64,000 nt of DNA from positions 1,787,185 through 1,851,184 of the forward strand of contig OZ220487.1 of the NCBI GenBank assembly GCA_965116085.1. The letters run 5' to 3'. Source of the stretch: an uncultured Candidatus Binatia bacterium (GTDB lineage Bacteria; Desulfobacterota; Binatia; Bin18). Positions 10,201 to 18,921 of this stretch are shown here, piece after piece. The position numbers and the translations under genes were made by a program. A model generated the notes under the pieces. The model was not told the origin of the DNA and did not search any database. It saw only the letters and a program-made list of their open reading frames with translations. Each line of letters starts with the position of its first letter. Position 1 is the first letter of the stretch.

Positions 10201-10545
10201 CAGGCGATCGTGCGTTTCAGCCGGGACAGGAAGGAGCCTGCGGACGTCGAACGCTCGGAACGAAGCGGCTACCGCCTGATCCCGGAGTTGCTGCTGCTCG
10301 CCGGCCGGACGGCTCAGCTCGTCGAGGCCCTCGATGGCAGCCAGCTCGAATGCCAGCGCCACCCTTTCTAGGAACGGCTCGTCCTCCGAATTCTCCTCGA
10401 ACGCGAAACTGATCTGCTTGCCGACCGCTCGCCGCGCCAAACGCTGGTTGACGAGCTCGCCTGCGCGTGCCAGCTCCTCCGCCCCGATGGCCGAAACGGC
10501 CCAATGTTTGTTGAGCGCTTCCAATGCTCTGCCGGACAGGCTCAT
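7267..10545 (-). CDS. Ski2/Hel308-like SF2 DExH helicase (HamB-like)
   Basis: Carries motif I PTSGGKTLLA, motif II VMDEAHNL, plus VHHAGL, CATSTIAQGINFP and GRAGRIGHD. The start was set at ATG 10545, which forms an ATGA overlap with the upstream gene's stop (10542-10545). Confidence 0.85.
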   Translation of the reverse strand: MSLSGRALEALNKHWAVSAIGAEELARAGELVNQRLARRAVGKQISFAFEENSEDEPFLERVALAFELAAIEGLDELSRPAGEQQQLRDQAVAASFRAFDVRRLLPVPAETHDRLFFVLQLSAAAYCGDRWSDLRRWYREQGEALRAPSVADAEWDRRLLYRLFACWVRLFRKEGWDDLDRIREIIAGLRNDQKVHEEHRLRNGSEAVDRAIALRLAALYNWAKATETLVRYMLQGEPGDPFGTLDKHFEAGIRAAAASGDAQHEVVLRWLHATARIMVTNSLWWATRTVNSRTTKFVRSLTHRKQQAMFELLPPQRAALLEQGLLDQAKTAIVVDLPTSGGKTLLAQFRILQALNQFQGDRGWVVYVAPTRALSGQITRRLRADFEPIGLRVEQLTAAIEVDAFEEELLNDRDEPFHILVATPEKLSLVIRNRKVDRPLALVVMDEAHNLESEGRGLRIELLLATVKRDCPQANFLLLMPFVEGTESVARWLAQDIDAGNAISLGTVPWKPNERIIGLYRAVANDSERGGWHLDFETLTATEKAMPLHGTHRVGGVKPIDVPKSQVLANGVQKRLGLQTAAIGAVMSARGTSIAVTNSIPTVWKMAGEAARSLPKMDEVPSDIRLIQDFLRTEISAEFPLIDMLEQGIGVHHAGLSDDVRALMEWLAETGSLRMLCATSTIAQGINFPVSSVFLASRFVPQGKSSVEIGAREFWNLVGRAGRIGHDSVGVVGLSEGTDRDAMMEFVSRNTGALVSRLVVLLDELAAQGSLAQLSEVLWKDQWEDFRCYIAHLWAEKKNLDAVLAESEQLLRQTYGYTSMRNDPEQRRKADALLDATQSYARELAAMPEGIAELADSTGFSPEGVRAAMGGIRNLESGLTAADWAPESLFGNGGRMADLFGVMLRVPQLKQDLVELGGSGSDRSRISEITNDWVNGKGLEAIAGKYFSREKDDEAGTAALTDACRAIYRTIANSGTWGVSALSRVSGIDFDTLSEAEKRRINTLPAMIYHGVSSEDAVLMRMNSVPRSAAEALGSLYREVNGRDERRYSVGEARRFLQGLGADDWEGVRPGGAALSGTGYKRVWEVLSGEAS

Positions 10546-11345
10546 TGTTCCGCTCCTGCCCGCCGTGAAACCATCTCCTCTCCAATACCGTCCAGGCTTT
10601 CCTGCGGTAGGTAGAGTGCAAGCAGTTCGATACGCGTGCCCTCGGGACAAGCACCGGCGAGGCTACCGACCCGCACCCGCAAGTCATCCTGATGGGGTTC
10701 CACGTCCCGAACAAGACATCCATAGAGCTGGATGTCCGACGTGTTCCGCAGATACCTGCTTGCCGCCCGCTCGAAACGCGCCCGCCATGGGGCTGACCCG
10801 GCCCGGTGACCGAGATATTTTACGAGATCGTCGCGGATGGCTTCCTCATCGCGCAGATCTTCCAGTTGCTGTTTCAGTCCGGTGCGGCCGTACATCGCTC
10901 CGGGAGGATAGCTCCGTTCGCTCGATGTCTTCACCTCGCCGAACGCGAGGCAATCGCCGTCGTCGTCGATCCCGAATCCGACCAAGTCCGCCCCCGGCAA
11001 GCTGGAACCGCTCTTTCTCTCGTCCCGACCGTCCGGCCAGGGGAAGCTGCATGACCGATGGTCTGTCAGGTATGTCTCCGCGATCGCTTCGCCCACCCGC
11101 CAGTCCTCGATCCTGTCAGGATCCTCCAGTACGCGCCGCAGCCCCTCCTGGGCGAAATCCGTCTCCGCCAGGCTCGCGAGAATGTCCTCGATATTCGCCT
11201 TGCCTTCGTCGTCAAACAGCACAGCCGCAACTTGGTCATCCATCGCGGCGCTCAGTTCGTTGTCCGACCATCGCAACCCCAGTCCCGAACACGGAGCCTC
11301 GCCCAAACGATATAGGACCTCGCCCGCGCCGACCGTCACCCGCAT
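10542..11345 (-). CDS. PD-(D/E)xK nuclease-like protein (HamA/DUF1837-like candidate)
   Basis: 267 aa with PGADLVGF...FGEVKTS, a D...ExK pattern. It is translationally coupled to the helicase. The size and gene order match Hachiman HamA-HamB. A GTG at 11339 is an alternative start. Confidence 0.55.
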   Translation of the reverse strand: MRVTVGAGEVLYRLGEAPCSGLGLRWSDNELSAAMDDQVAAVLFDDEGKANIEDILASLAETDFAQEGLRRVLEDPDRIEDWRVGEAIAETYLTDHRSCSFPWPDGRDERKSGSSLPGADLVGFGIDDDGDCLAFGEVKTSSERSYPPGAMYGRTGLKQQLEDLRDEEAIRDDLVKYLGHRAGSAPWRARFERAASRYLRNTSDIQLYGCLVRDVEPHQDDLRVRVGSLAGACPEGTRIELLALYLPQESLDGIGEEMVSRRAGAEQ

Positions 11346-11565
11346 CCTCCTGACGCGCCCGTGCGCTCACAGGTGGTCGCCTGAATCCGCTTGCCTCGCA
11401 TGCACCCGATCAACGAAAATTCATACGCCGTTACCTCTCTCATGTTTGAACGATTTCTCGCTACAAGCTATGCGGTAACAGGAAAGCCCAGACAGGCCAT
11501 GGAAGTCCCATGTCTTCCAAGAACCCCTAGTCTGCCGATGCACACATCCATGTTCATACCGCCAT

Positions 11566-11781
11566 TCACAGTTTGCCATATTGATAACGATTCTTGATAT
11601 TGGTGTTGAGGTATATTCCTTTGGAATCCGCTTGCATAAATTCTTGGAAAACCCATTCCTCAACACCGTAATACGCGTATGTTGCTCCCGACTTCAAAAA
11701 TCTAACGTGTAATTCCTGCGCATCCGGGTCGTATCCGATCGCTTCCACATTCGATGAATCCACAAAGTGCATTTCAGGCAT
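11566..11781 (-). CDS. KTSC domain protein
   Basis: 71 aa: VDSSNVEAIGYDPDAQELHVRFLKSGATYAYYGVEEWVFQEFMQADSKGIYLNTNIKNRYQY. The start overlaps the HerA stop by 8 nt. Confidence 0.8.
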   Translation of the reverse strand: MPEMHFVDSSNVEAIGYDPDAQELHVRFLKSGATYAYYGVEEWVFQEFMQADSKGIYLNTNIKNRYQYGKL

Positions 11782-13645
11782 TGGTAGGTTCCTCCCCTAC
11801 GTTTCCACTGTCTTCAATTGTTGCGGTTGTAGTTTGAGAGCGCCAGTTCTCCAACGCGCGGGAGTACAATACGCCATCTGGACGTTCCTCGACCTGCCAT
11901 ACGTCCGGTAGTTTGGGGTCATCACCGACTGGCTTTTCCTTTGCCTTACGTACCCGTACGCGTGAAGGGATCGGCATGACTTCGCCAAGAAAGATTCCCT
12001 CTCCGGTTCGCAACGACGGGAGCTGTTCGATGAGTCCACCCAAGTCATCGGGAACCGCTCCTGCAACTTTACTACGATCAACAGAATTTGTTACGCGCAG
12101 CGCCACCAGAGAACCGCATTGGCTCAATACGGCGCTGTCTATCTCCGAAGGACGCTGTGTCACGAGCATGAGGCCAATGCCATACTTGCGGCCTTCCTTC
12201 GCTATCATGGATAGCGTCCGGTGAGCGGTCGTATCATCGCCCTCAGGAACAAAGCGATGTGCCTCATCCAGCACAACGAGAAGCGGTTGTTGACGGCCTC
12301 CTATCGGCATGTCCTGCGCCCAGAATAGCATGTCATATATTACTCTAAGCATGGTGCCAACAATAGTTGGAAGGACTTCAGACGGCAGGCCCGAGACATC
12401 GAATATCGTAATCGGCCTGTCGTGCCCGACCCAGTCCCTTACCAAGGAATCGAGATCACTTTGGACGTCGCCGCTCAGGGTGGGTTCAAGCCCACCGCCA
12501 GGTGCGAAGAGAAATGAATAGCGGCTATCATTCAATCGGCTACGCATGAGATCGAGCTGACGCTCGATATTGCGCTTGCGCTGGTTCTTGTATGGTTCCT
12601 GATTGTATGGACTTGCCGCAGGGTATCGATCAGACCTTAGTTGGCTTGCATCGCCGACCTCATCCGGTGGATAGGCGTCTTCAGCCGTTTGCTGATTTCC
12701 CGCAGTTCTAAAGGTGATTCTTTCAAACCGATCAAGCTGGTACCAAAGCTCCTTTATGCTGAAGGGTACCGGTGAATCCGCCGTCAATGTCTCAGGAAGC
12801 GGCGGGATAGCCACGCGCTGCGCCGCCGCCACTTTCATATCGAGAACCTGGTCTCTGATGGTCGCTTCATGATTTGGCTGTAGCCCGCCTAATGTTAGCT
12901 GCTGAAGTTCGAAGAATGGGAGCGCCCAAAAGGGCACCCACAATGGCCTTTCCCCTGCCTGCTCGTCCGGACGAACGCTAAACACTCGTGCCTTGTCGCC
13001 AAGTGCCGTTGCGTATTCTCCGTGCGGATCAATAACAAGAGCACGTGCGTTCGGCAGACTGCCATTTGAAACCGTTTCGAGCAGTACGGTCACAAGATTC
13101 GATTTACCTGCGCCCGTGGAACCGACGATAGCGCTGTGCCGGCTTACAAGCCCGGCCACGCTGACATCGGCCGATATACCCGATGTCGCAGCAATCTGCC
13201 CGACCGAGATCGTGCCCTTCTTACCCTTCGCCCAACCATAGATGACCTTGAGATCATCGTTTGTCACGAGATGTACTTCATCGCCCACGGTAGGATATTG
13301 ACCGATGCCTCGTTCAAATTCGCCCCCAAGTCCTTCACCGAACAACACGACCGTCATCCAGCGGTATCCCAAAAGACGAAGCTGTGAGTCTGTTTCGAGA
13401 GCTGCGGCGAGCATTTCCTCAGAACTTCCTGGAGGCGCCGCATCGGCCCCGATCTGCGTGCAGACTGCATAGAGGTTCGCGTAGCCCAAAGGAAGGCGGA
13501 AGAAGCCACCAATCTGTCCGACTCGATACGACTCGCCGCCAATCATGACCAATGTGGATGGCATGTCTTCGCGTAGTCTTACGCGGACAACCGCTCCCGT
13601 AACGGACGCGACTTGGCCGATGTACGTCGGATCAGCGGGCGACAT
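11774..13645 (-). CDS. HerA-type (DUF87) ATPase/helicase
   Basis: Has an N-terminal barrel-like region, Walker A GSTGAGKSN and Walker B LLVVLDEAHRFVP. It lies 17 nt downstream of the SIR2 gene. Confidence 0.9.
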   Translation of the reverse strand: MSPADPTYIGQVASVTGAVVRVRLREDMPSTLVMIGGESYRVGQIGGFFRLPLGYANLYAVCTQIGADAAPPGSSEEMLAAALETDSQLRLLGYRWMTVVLFGEGLGGEFERGIGQYPTVGDEVHLVTNDDLKVIYGWAKGKKGTISVGQIAATSGISADVSVAGLVSRHSAIVGSTGAGKSNLVTVLLETVSNGSLPNARALVIDPHGEYATALGDKARVFSVRPDEQAGERPLWVPFWALPFFELQQLTLGGLQPNHEATIRDQVLDMKVAAAQRVAIPPLPETLTADSPVPFSIKELWYQLDRFERITFRTAGNQQTAEDAYPPDEVGDASQLRSDRYPAASPYNQEPYKNQRKRNIERQLDLMRSRLNDSRYSFLFAPGGGLEPTLSGDVQSDLDSLVRDWVGHDRPITIFDVSGLPSEVLPTIVGTMLRVIYDMLFWAQDMPIGGRQQPLLVVLDEAHRFVPEGDDTTAHRTLSMIAKEGRKYGIGLMLVTQRPSEIDSAVLSQCGSLVALRVTNSVDRSKVAGAVPDDLGGLIEQLPSLRTGEGIFLGEVMPIPSRVRVRKAKEKPVGDDPKLPDVWQVEERPDGVLYSRALENWRSQTTTATIEDSGNVGEEPTNA

Positions 13646-13662
13646 AATGGGCTAATCCACCG

Positions 13663-14874
13663 TCATTGATTCGAGGAACTCGCAGAAGGACGCAAATCAC
13701 CAATCTTCATCACCCCTGTCTTCGCGTCCGCGTTCTCGCCAGTTTCCGCGGATGCAGTTGCCTTCAGCTCAAAAAGCGCCGTCCATGAATGAGGGCTCTC
13801 GACCGGCGCCCACGCCGCCCGTCGGCCACCAATGATGCCGGTGTTGGGTCCAATCATAATCATGTTGCGACGCTGGTACGCGCGTTTGACCAGCTCGCAA
13901 TCCTCTGGCCTCTCATCGAACTGCAAGGCATATACGTGTGTGCGAGGTCTGTTCTCAAGGGCGCCAAACACGAGATTATTGATATGCTCGTCGCCGAAGT
14001 TGAAACCCGCTACGATCAGCAATGCGTCATCCTGCTCAAGAAAACGGCTGAGTCGGTCGGTAAAGGCGGCATAGGGCTGCTGACGGGATTCATCGTACTT
14101 CTGAAACGACGGGTAGATCATCTCCCCTGCCGGATCGGGCTCTCCCCGCACCACGCGAACGCGCCCGTCTTGATCGATGCGTCGCCATGTGACCGACCCG
14201 TGCATCTTCCAGAGCCGCGTCCAGGTCGCGCCGGGCGCCGCTTCCAAACGGCGTAAGCTGTCCGGATGGAAAAAGGGCTGGAAACTCCCCACGAATCCGT
14301 CGAACAACGGGATACGTTCCGCTTCGAGCCCATGTTCGAGGAGCACATCGTAGTTAACTGTAAATATCTCTACCGGGTTCTGGCGTGATGCCTTGACCAG
14401 CCACCGAGCGAATTTCCGATGGGGTAAATCCACAGGAATGCCGTCCAAGTCCGGAGTGACGACTCCCGCGATGGTCTTCCGAACCGACTCTTCTAACTTC
14501 CCAATCTCTACTTTATTGAGCCCAGACAGGGTATCGTCCTTGCCGACGGCGCCAAGCATCATGCGAAGCCGTGACAAAATGTTTTCAACGTTAGGATCTT
14601 GGTTATGTTCCTTACAATGAACCTCAATTAAACTCCACGCATGCGTATACTTTTCGCCCAATTCGCCCGCATCCTTTCTGGCAATTTCTGTCAAGCCCGC
14701 CACTGCCGGGATGAGCGGTTGGGTTTGAGATTCTTCTGCGGATGACGGTACCCGGACAGCGCAGGATGTTCCTGCGCCAAAGAAAAATGCAATTGGCTTG
14801 TCGTGACGCGACAGATGATCCCGCAAATCGCCGAGTGCCTTTTGCGCATCGTGTAAGTGCTGCTCGCCATTCAT
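13663..14874 (-). CDS. SIR2-family (SIR2_2) NADase-type protein, HerA-associated
   Basis: Carries FFFGAGTSCAV, TVNYDVLLE and LWKMHGS. There is an ATGA overlap with the upstream nuclease gene (14871-14874). Confidence 0.85.
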   Translation of the reverse strand: MNGEQHLHDAQKALGDLRDHLSRHDKPIAFFFGAGTSCAVRVPSSAEESQTQPLIPAVAGLTEIARKDAGELGEKYTHAWSLIEVHCKEHNQDPNVENILSRLRMMLGAVGKDDTLSGLNKVEIGKLEESVRKTIAGVVTPDLDGIPVDLPHRKFARWLVKASRQNPVEIFTVNYDVLLEHGLEAERIPLFDGFVGSFQPFFHPDSLRRLEAAPGATWTRLWKMHGSVTWRRIDQDGRVRVVRGEPDPAGEMIYPSFQKYDESRQQPYAAFTDRLSRFLEQDDALLIVAGFNFGDEHINNLVFGALENRPRTHVYALQFDERPEDCELVKRAYQRRNMIMIGPNTGIIGGRRAAWAPVESPHSWTALFELKATASAETGENADAKTGVMKIGDLRPSASSSNQ

Positions 14875-16370
14875 GACGTGCCCTCTGGCCGAACCGTCAA
14901 GTCCTTGATAGCATCCCGCAACACCCGAGTGGCTCGACAGTCGTCTTCGTTATAGTCAAGAATTCGTTGCCGGATCGCGGTATCGCGATCTTCCACCCAT
15001 CGATGGAACCACTCGATTGAAGCCGCTCCGGAAGGATGGATATCCCGCCAAGAGAAGCCTAGATACTTGGCTAAGGTCTTTATTGAGAAATCCCAAGTAG
15101 GCCACTCAGTCGCCTTCCTCACCACGTCACTGTAAAGATCAATTGAATGCGCCGGATCGAATAGCTCTTCGATCTCGTCCTCACTGCAAACATCGGGGTA
15201 TTTTTCTCGAAGCTTACGGTAGATCGTACGTTCGTATTTTGAATAGAAGTAGATGGCACAGGGCCTTCGCTGCCTTATGTATGCCCAAGCTTCTGCAAAC
15301 GCGTTCTTTTCCGCCTCCGGTGTCGGATCATCCGCGAAGAAAAATACAAATTTCTCTGTAGTATTGTTGCCAGACCAACGTTCTACAAAGCCGTGCAGGT
15401 AGCAAATATCCCGCATGGGATCGACTTCGATATCGAAGAACAGTTCGCAGTCGTAGGTTGGTAGATTGACAGGGGCCCTTAGGAACGGCTTTGCGTCCTT
15501 GGTTGTGAGAAGGGTGGCACGATCATGAAACTTCAGCAACGTATCCCTTCCTACCCCGGGAAACGCTGTCTTCCTGCCCTCGATGAACCTCTCCGGGTTC
15601 GCCTCAGCAAGCGCAGTAACGGTAGGCAACTCCTGGTACATTACGTCGCGCCTCGATCGTCCGAGCTCGGGGATCATCGTTAGATCACCGCTTTCCTCAA
15701 GACGTTTGACGCAAGCCGAATACCAGTGGCAGAGCTTGCAGGCGGAACTAAACGCTGGAAGAGTCTGCTCGCTTCCAGCGACGATGGCCTCAGCCTCGCG
15801 TAGGATATCCTGATAATCCTGCCATAGCGTTCGCGGATTTCGTTTGCCATACAGCGTGTCGAAGTCGTACGGCACCTCGATCCCATGTATATCCCACACA
15901 AAGGCTCGGCGACCAGCAGACAGCCCCTTACGTTCGAGGATGTCCGTGTACAACCCAAGCTGAACCGCGTAATGGACTTTAGGCTTCGATGCTTCTTCCC
16001 GGCTTTCCTCACCGATGCCCGACTTAATGTCGCCCGCTACATAAGCTGTGCCCTCCTTGCGAAGCAAATCGGGGGCGCCCAATAGCCCATCGACCTGAAT
16101 GCGTCCGCTATAGATTAAGGTCTCGCCCTCTTGCATCGCTTTAAACGTAAGCCGCTCCTTTTCGTCACCTCCGTACGGTGACAGGTCAAGGAAGGGCATC
16201 TCTAGACCGTCAATAACTTCTCGTTCGTATAGAGAGCCCTTCTCCCAGAGAAGTTGGACAAATGGATTTGGTTCGTCCCGTAGTAGCGGATCCGCAAAGA
16301 GATCCATTGTTATGCGATGCGGGCACGCTACTAGGTCATACAGCATTGCGGCAGTTACATGCGCAACCAT
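14871..16370 (-). CDS. TM0106-type RecB/Cas4-like nuclease fused to a DnaQ/RNase-H-like exonuclease domain
   Basis: The N-terminal part has GAPDLL...GDIKSG, QLGLY, an N-terminal Cys plus CKLCHWYSAC. The C-terminal part has FDIEVDP and YNEDDCRATR. AGGAGG lies about 5 nt upstream of the ATG. Confidence 0.75.
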   Translation of the reverse strand: MVAHVTAAMLYDLVACPHRITMDLFADPLLRDEPNPFVQLLWEKGSLYEREVIDGLEMPFLDLSPYGGDEKERLTFKAMQEGETLIYSGRIQVDGLLGAPDLLRKEGTAYVAGDIKSGIGEESREEASKPKVHYAVQLGLYTDILERKGLSAGRRAFVWDIHGIEVPYDFDTLYGKRNPRTLWQDYQDILREAEAIVAGSEQTLPAFSSACKLCHWYSACVKRLEESGDLTMIPELGRSRRDVMYQELPTVTALAEANPERFIEGRKTAFPGVGRDTLLKFHDRATLLTTKDAKPFLRAPVNLPTYDCELFFDIEVDPMRDICYLHGFVERWSGNNTTEKFVFFFADDPTPEAEKNAFAEAWAYIRQRRPCAIYFYSKYERTIYRKLREKYPDVCSEDEIEELFDPAHSIDLYSDVVRKATEWPTWDFSIKTLAKYLGFSWRDIHPSGAASIEWFHRWVEDRDTAIRQRILDYNEDDCRATRVLRDAIKDLTVRPEGTS

Positions 16371-16388
16371 TATCCCTCCTACATTTGG

Positions 16389-16405
16389 ATTGTCTTGCAG
16401 ACAAT
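16389..16405. promoter_or_regulatory. Perfect palindrome ATTGTCT-TGC-AGACAAT upstream of the nuclease-SIR2-HerA-KTSC operon (candidate operator)
   Basis: Read directly. It lies 19-35 nt upstream of the start codon at 16370. Confidence 0.3.
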
Positions 16406-16832
16406 AGTAATGTCAGCAGTCATGCGTTCCTGACTTCGATCTCTCCGAAGTAAATTTGTGACGGTCCCCCGTGCCTATGCTACTTGAGTCTTGCAATAAA
16501 TCCCGGGATCAACTAAGAATTTACGCTTCTTCTGCCCACCTCCGGCCTTTCCCAGACTGATTCCTTCCGTATCGTAATCCTCTGATCTGGCCATCAGCAG
16601 CTCAGTCTTCTTCTTGTGGGACATATGGCTGCTCGCTAAATCAGTGTTCCTGCTTGTTTCCTCGGCGCGCCGGTAGCGGGCACGGTGCCCCAGCGTCAAC
16701 CCCTTACTCATGCTTGATTTCTCGCAGGCCGGCTCTCCCGCTGGAGCGCGCGCTGTCTTCATACGGCAAGCGGCCGAATTCAACACGAAGCCCCTCCTGT
16801 GCCCGCTTGTCCTCGATCGCCCGTTATGCCGA

Positions 16833-17117
16833 TCACGACCCGCCTGCGTTCACGGCGTCCCGCAACGGCTTGCCGGCCTTGAAGGTCGGCGTAGTCGAAG
16901 CGGCGATGTTCAGGCTCTCGCCGGTCCTCGGATTGCGCCCCGTACGGGCGGGGCGGCTCCTGGTGCCGAATGTCCCGAAGCCGACGATCCGCACATCCTC
17001 GCCCCTGGCGAGGGTTTCCGCGATCGCCTCGAAGACGGCATCGACGGCGTCTCCAGCCGCCGACCGCCCGACTCCGATCCGGTCGGCCACACGGCCTGCC
17101 ATCTCCGACTTGTTCAC
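16833..17117 (-). CDS. HU-family DNA-binding protein
   Basis: Reads VNKSEMAGRVA...RIVGFGTFGTRSRPARTGRNPRTGESLNIAASTTPTFKAGKPLRDAV. GTG start at 17117; an alternative ATG is at 17099. Confidence 0.9.
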   Translation of the reverse strand: MNKSEMAGRVADRIGVGRSAAGDAVDAVFEAIAETLARGEDVRIVGFGTFGTRSRPARTGRNPRTGESLNIAASTTPTFKAGKPLRDAVNAGGS

Positions 17118-17369
17118 CCATTCTCTCCCTGCGCTGCCGACTTCTCCCGACAGACCATAGCCGAGGCCGGCGCCCACGGTTAGCACGAAGCGCCGGCCAT
17201 TTCGATTCCGGCAGCGGTCGTTCCGCACCCTTCCTGCCCGAGCGGCGCCTCCGGCGTTTCGCACGGCATGGTCCCGCGGTTCGGCGTCAGGAGTTCGAGG
17301 CCGGCGTCCTCCGGGCGATTCCAGGGGGCCGAAGGGCGGACCCCGCGCCGCCGTCGGGGAGGTCGATCC

Positions 17370-18227
17370 ATGTCCAGCCGCATCGCCGATGTTCCCGTGC
17401 CGCCGAGGTGCAACGAAATGATCCGGGCCGGCGCCCTCGTCGCCATCAACACCAGCGGAGGCAAGGATTCACAGGCCATGACCATCCTGCTGTCCCGGAT
17501 CGTTCCCCGCGACCAGATCGTGGCGGTTCACGCCCCGCTCGGCGAAGTGGAATGGCCCGGCACAGTGGAACATATCGAGGCAACGCTACCCGCCAGCGTG
17601 CCGCTGATATTCGCCCCCGTCGCGTCCGGCAAGACCCTGCTCGAACGGATCGAGGAACGGGGTCTCTGGCCCTCGAATTCGGCGCGATGGTGTACCAGCG
17701 ATTTCAAGTCTGGACCTATCCAGCGCGAGCTGCGCCGCTATCTGAAGACCCATCCGCGTTTCGGCGGACGGCTCGTCAACGCCATGGGCATGCGCGCGGA
17801 GGAAAGCCCGGCGCGCGCAAGGAAGGCGCCGTGGCGGCGCAATGACAGGATGAGCGTCGCGGGCCGCGAGGTCTTTGACTGGCTGCCGATTTTCGACCTC
17901 TCGACGGAAGAGGTATTCCGCGTCATCCGTCACGCCGGCCAATCGCCGCACCAGGCCTACGCCACCGGCATGTCGAGGCTGAGTTGCAGCTTCTGCATCC
18001 TGGCGTCCCGCGCCGATCTGCGCCGCGCAGCAGAGCTTCGTCCAGGCCTCTACGCGAAATACGTGCAACTCGAACGGCGAATCGCCCACACGCTCTCGCC
18101 CACACGGAAGTATCTGCCGGAGCTGACGGGCATCCCGGTCGACGGCACCGTCTCCACGCCGGTCCCGCCCCGAGGGCTGAAGCGGGATCGTCCCGCGCGG
18201 TTCCGAGCCGCGTCAGTTTCGCGGTAG
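17370..18227 (+). CDS. PAPS-reductase-family / PP-loop protein
   Basis: PP-loop NTSGGKDSQAM and a C-terminal CSFC. GGGGAGG RBS precedes ATG 17370. Confidence 0.8.
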   Translation: MSSRIADVPVPPRCNEMIRAGALVAINTSGGKDSQAMTILLSRIVPRDQIVAVHAPLGEVEWPGTVEHIEATLPASVPLIFAPVASGKTLLERIEERGLWPSNSARWCTSDFKSGPIQRELRRYLKTHPRFGGRLVNAMGMRAEESPARARKAPWRRNDRMSVAGREVFDWLPIFDLSTEEVFRVIRHAGQSPHQAYATGMSRLSCSFCILASRADLRRAAELRPGLYAKYVQLERRIAHTLSPTRKYLPELTGIPVDGTVSTPVPPRGLKRDRPARFRAASVSR

Positions 18228-18503
18228 CGGCGCTCCGAACCGCGCAGTCTCCCAGACCGCGCGGCTCTCCGGGTGGCGGCGCATCCAGTCGCGATAGCCG
18301 TCCATCTTGCGCTTCCAGTCGATCTCGCCGCCGACATATTCGCCGGTCTCGTCGATGACCCCGCACTCAAGCTCCGCCGCGTTCAGGTGCCACCACATGT
18401 CCACATCGGCGGCGATCTCTTCCTCGCTGATGCCGTCATGCCTCAGCCGCTTCGCGGTGATTGCGCGCGCAACGGCTTCGATGTTGTCGCTCCAGCTTGG
18501 CAT
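18213..18503 (-). CDS. Hypothetical protein
   Basis: 96-aa ORF with protein-like composition (MPSWSDNIEAVARAITAKRL...). No family was recognised. Confidence 0.4.
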   Translation of the reverse strand: MPSWSDNIEAVARAITAKRLRHDGISEEEIAADVDMWWHLNAAELECGVIDETGEYVGGEIDWKRKMDGYRDWMRRHPESRAVWETARFGAPLPRN

Positions 18504-18921
18504 GACCGCAAGTTAACGCCGCCGTGGCGGGCGCTGCAAGCCACCAGTCAACTTCCTGTAGGTGACGGTCAGGAACTGCATTTATTTGCTGAAGTCGGCA
18601 GCCGAGCGCCCCGGATCGGTGTTCTGGCCAGGCAGCGGCAGACCGCGGGGCGCGAGGAACGCGAGCGATGCCGCGGCCGTCAGCAGATCTCCCGGACCCG
18701 CAAACGCACCGGCGGCCTCCGGCCCGCAAGGAAGCGCCAGCGGCCCGGAGGCCGCGCCGCGCCATCGATCCCCGCCCGTTCATGCGCACCGATGCCCCGG
18801 GCAGCGCGGCAATGCAGGCGAGGCCGACCCGTTCGCGCCGCAGAGGTGGAGAGGAGCGCGCGGGGGAGCGAAGCCGCTGACGGAGAGGGAGCGGCGGTAA
18901 TCGCAACCGGGGAGATCGGAC

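Noticed and set aside
16475-16786. 103-aa minus-strand ORF (possible internal start MSKGLTLGH... at 16711) between the defence operon and the HU gene.
   Set aside because: It has a weak RBS, a basic low-complexity sequence and no family recognised. It was left unannotated.
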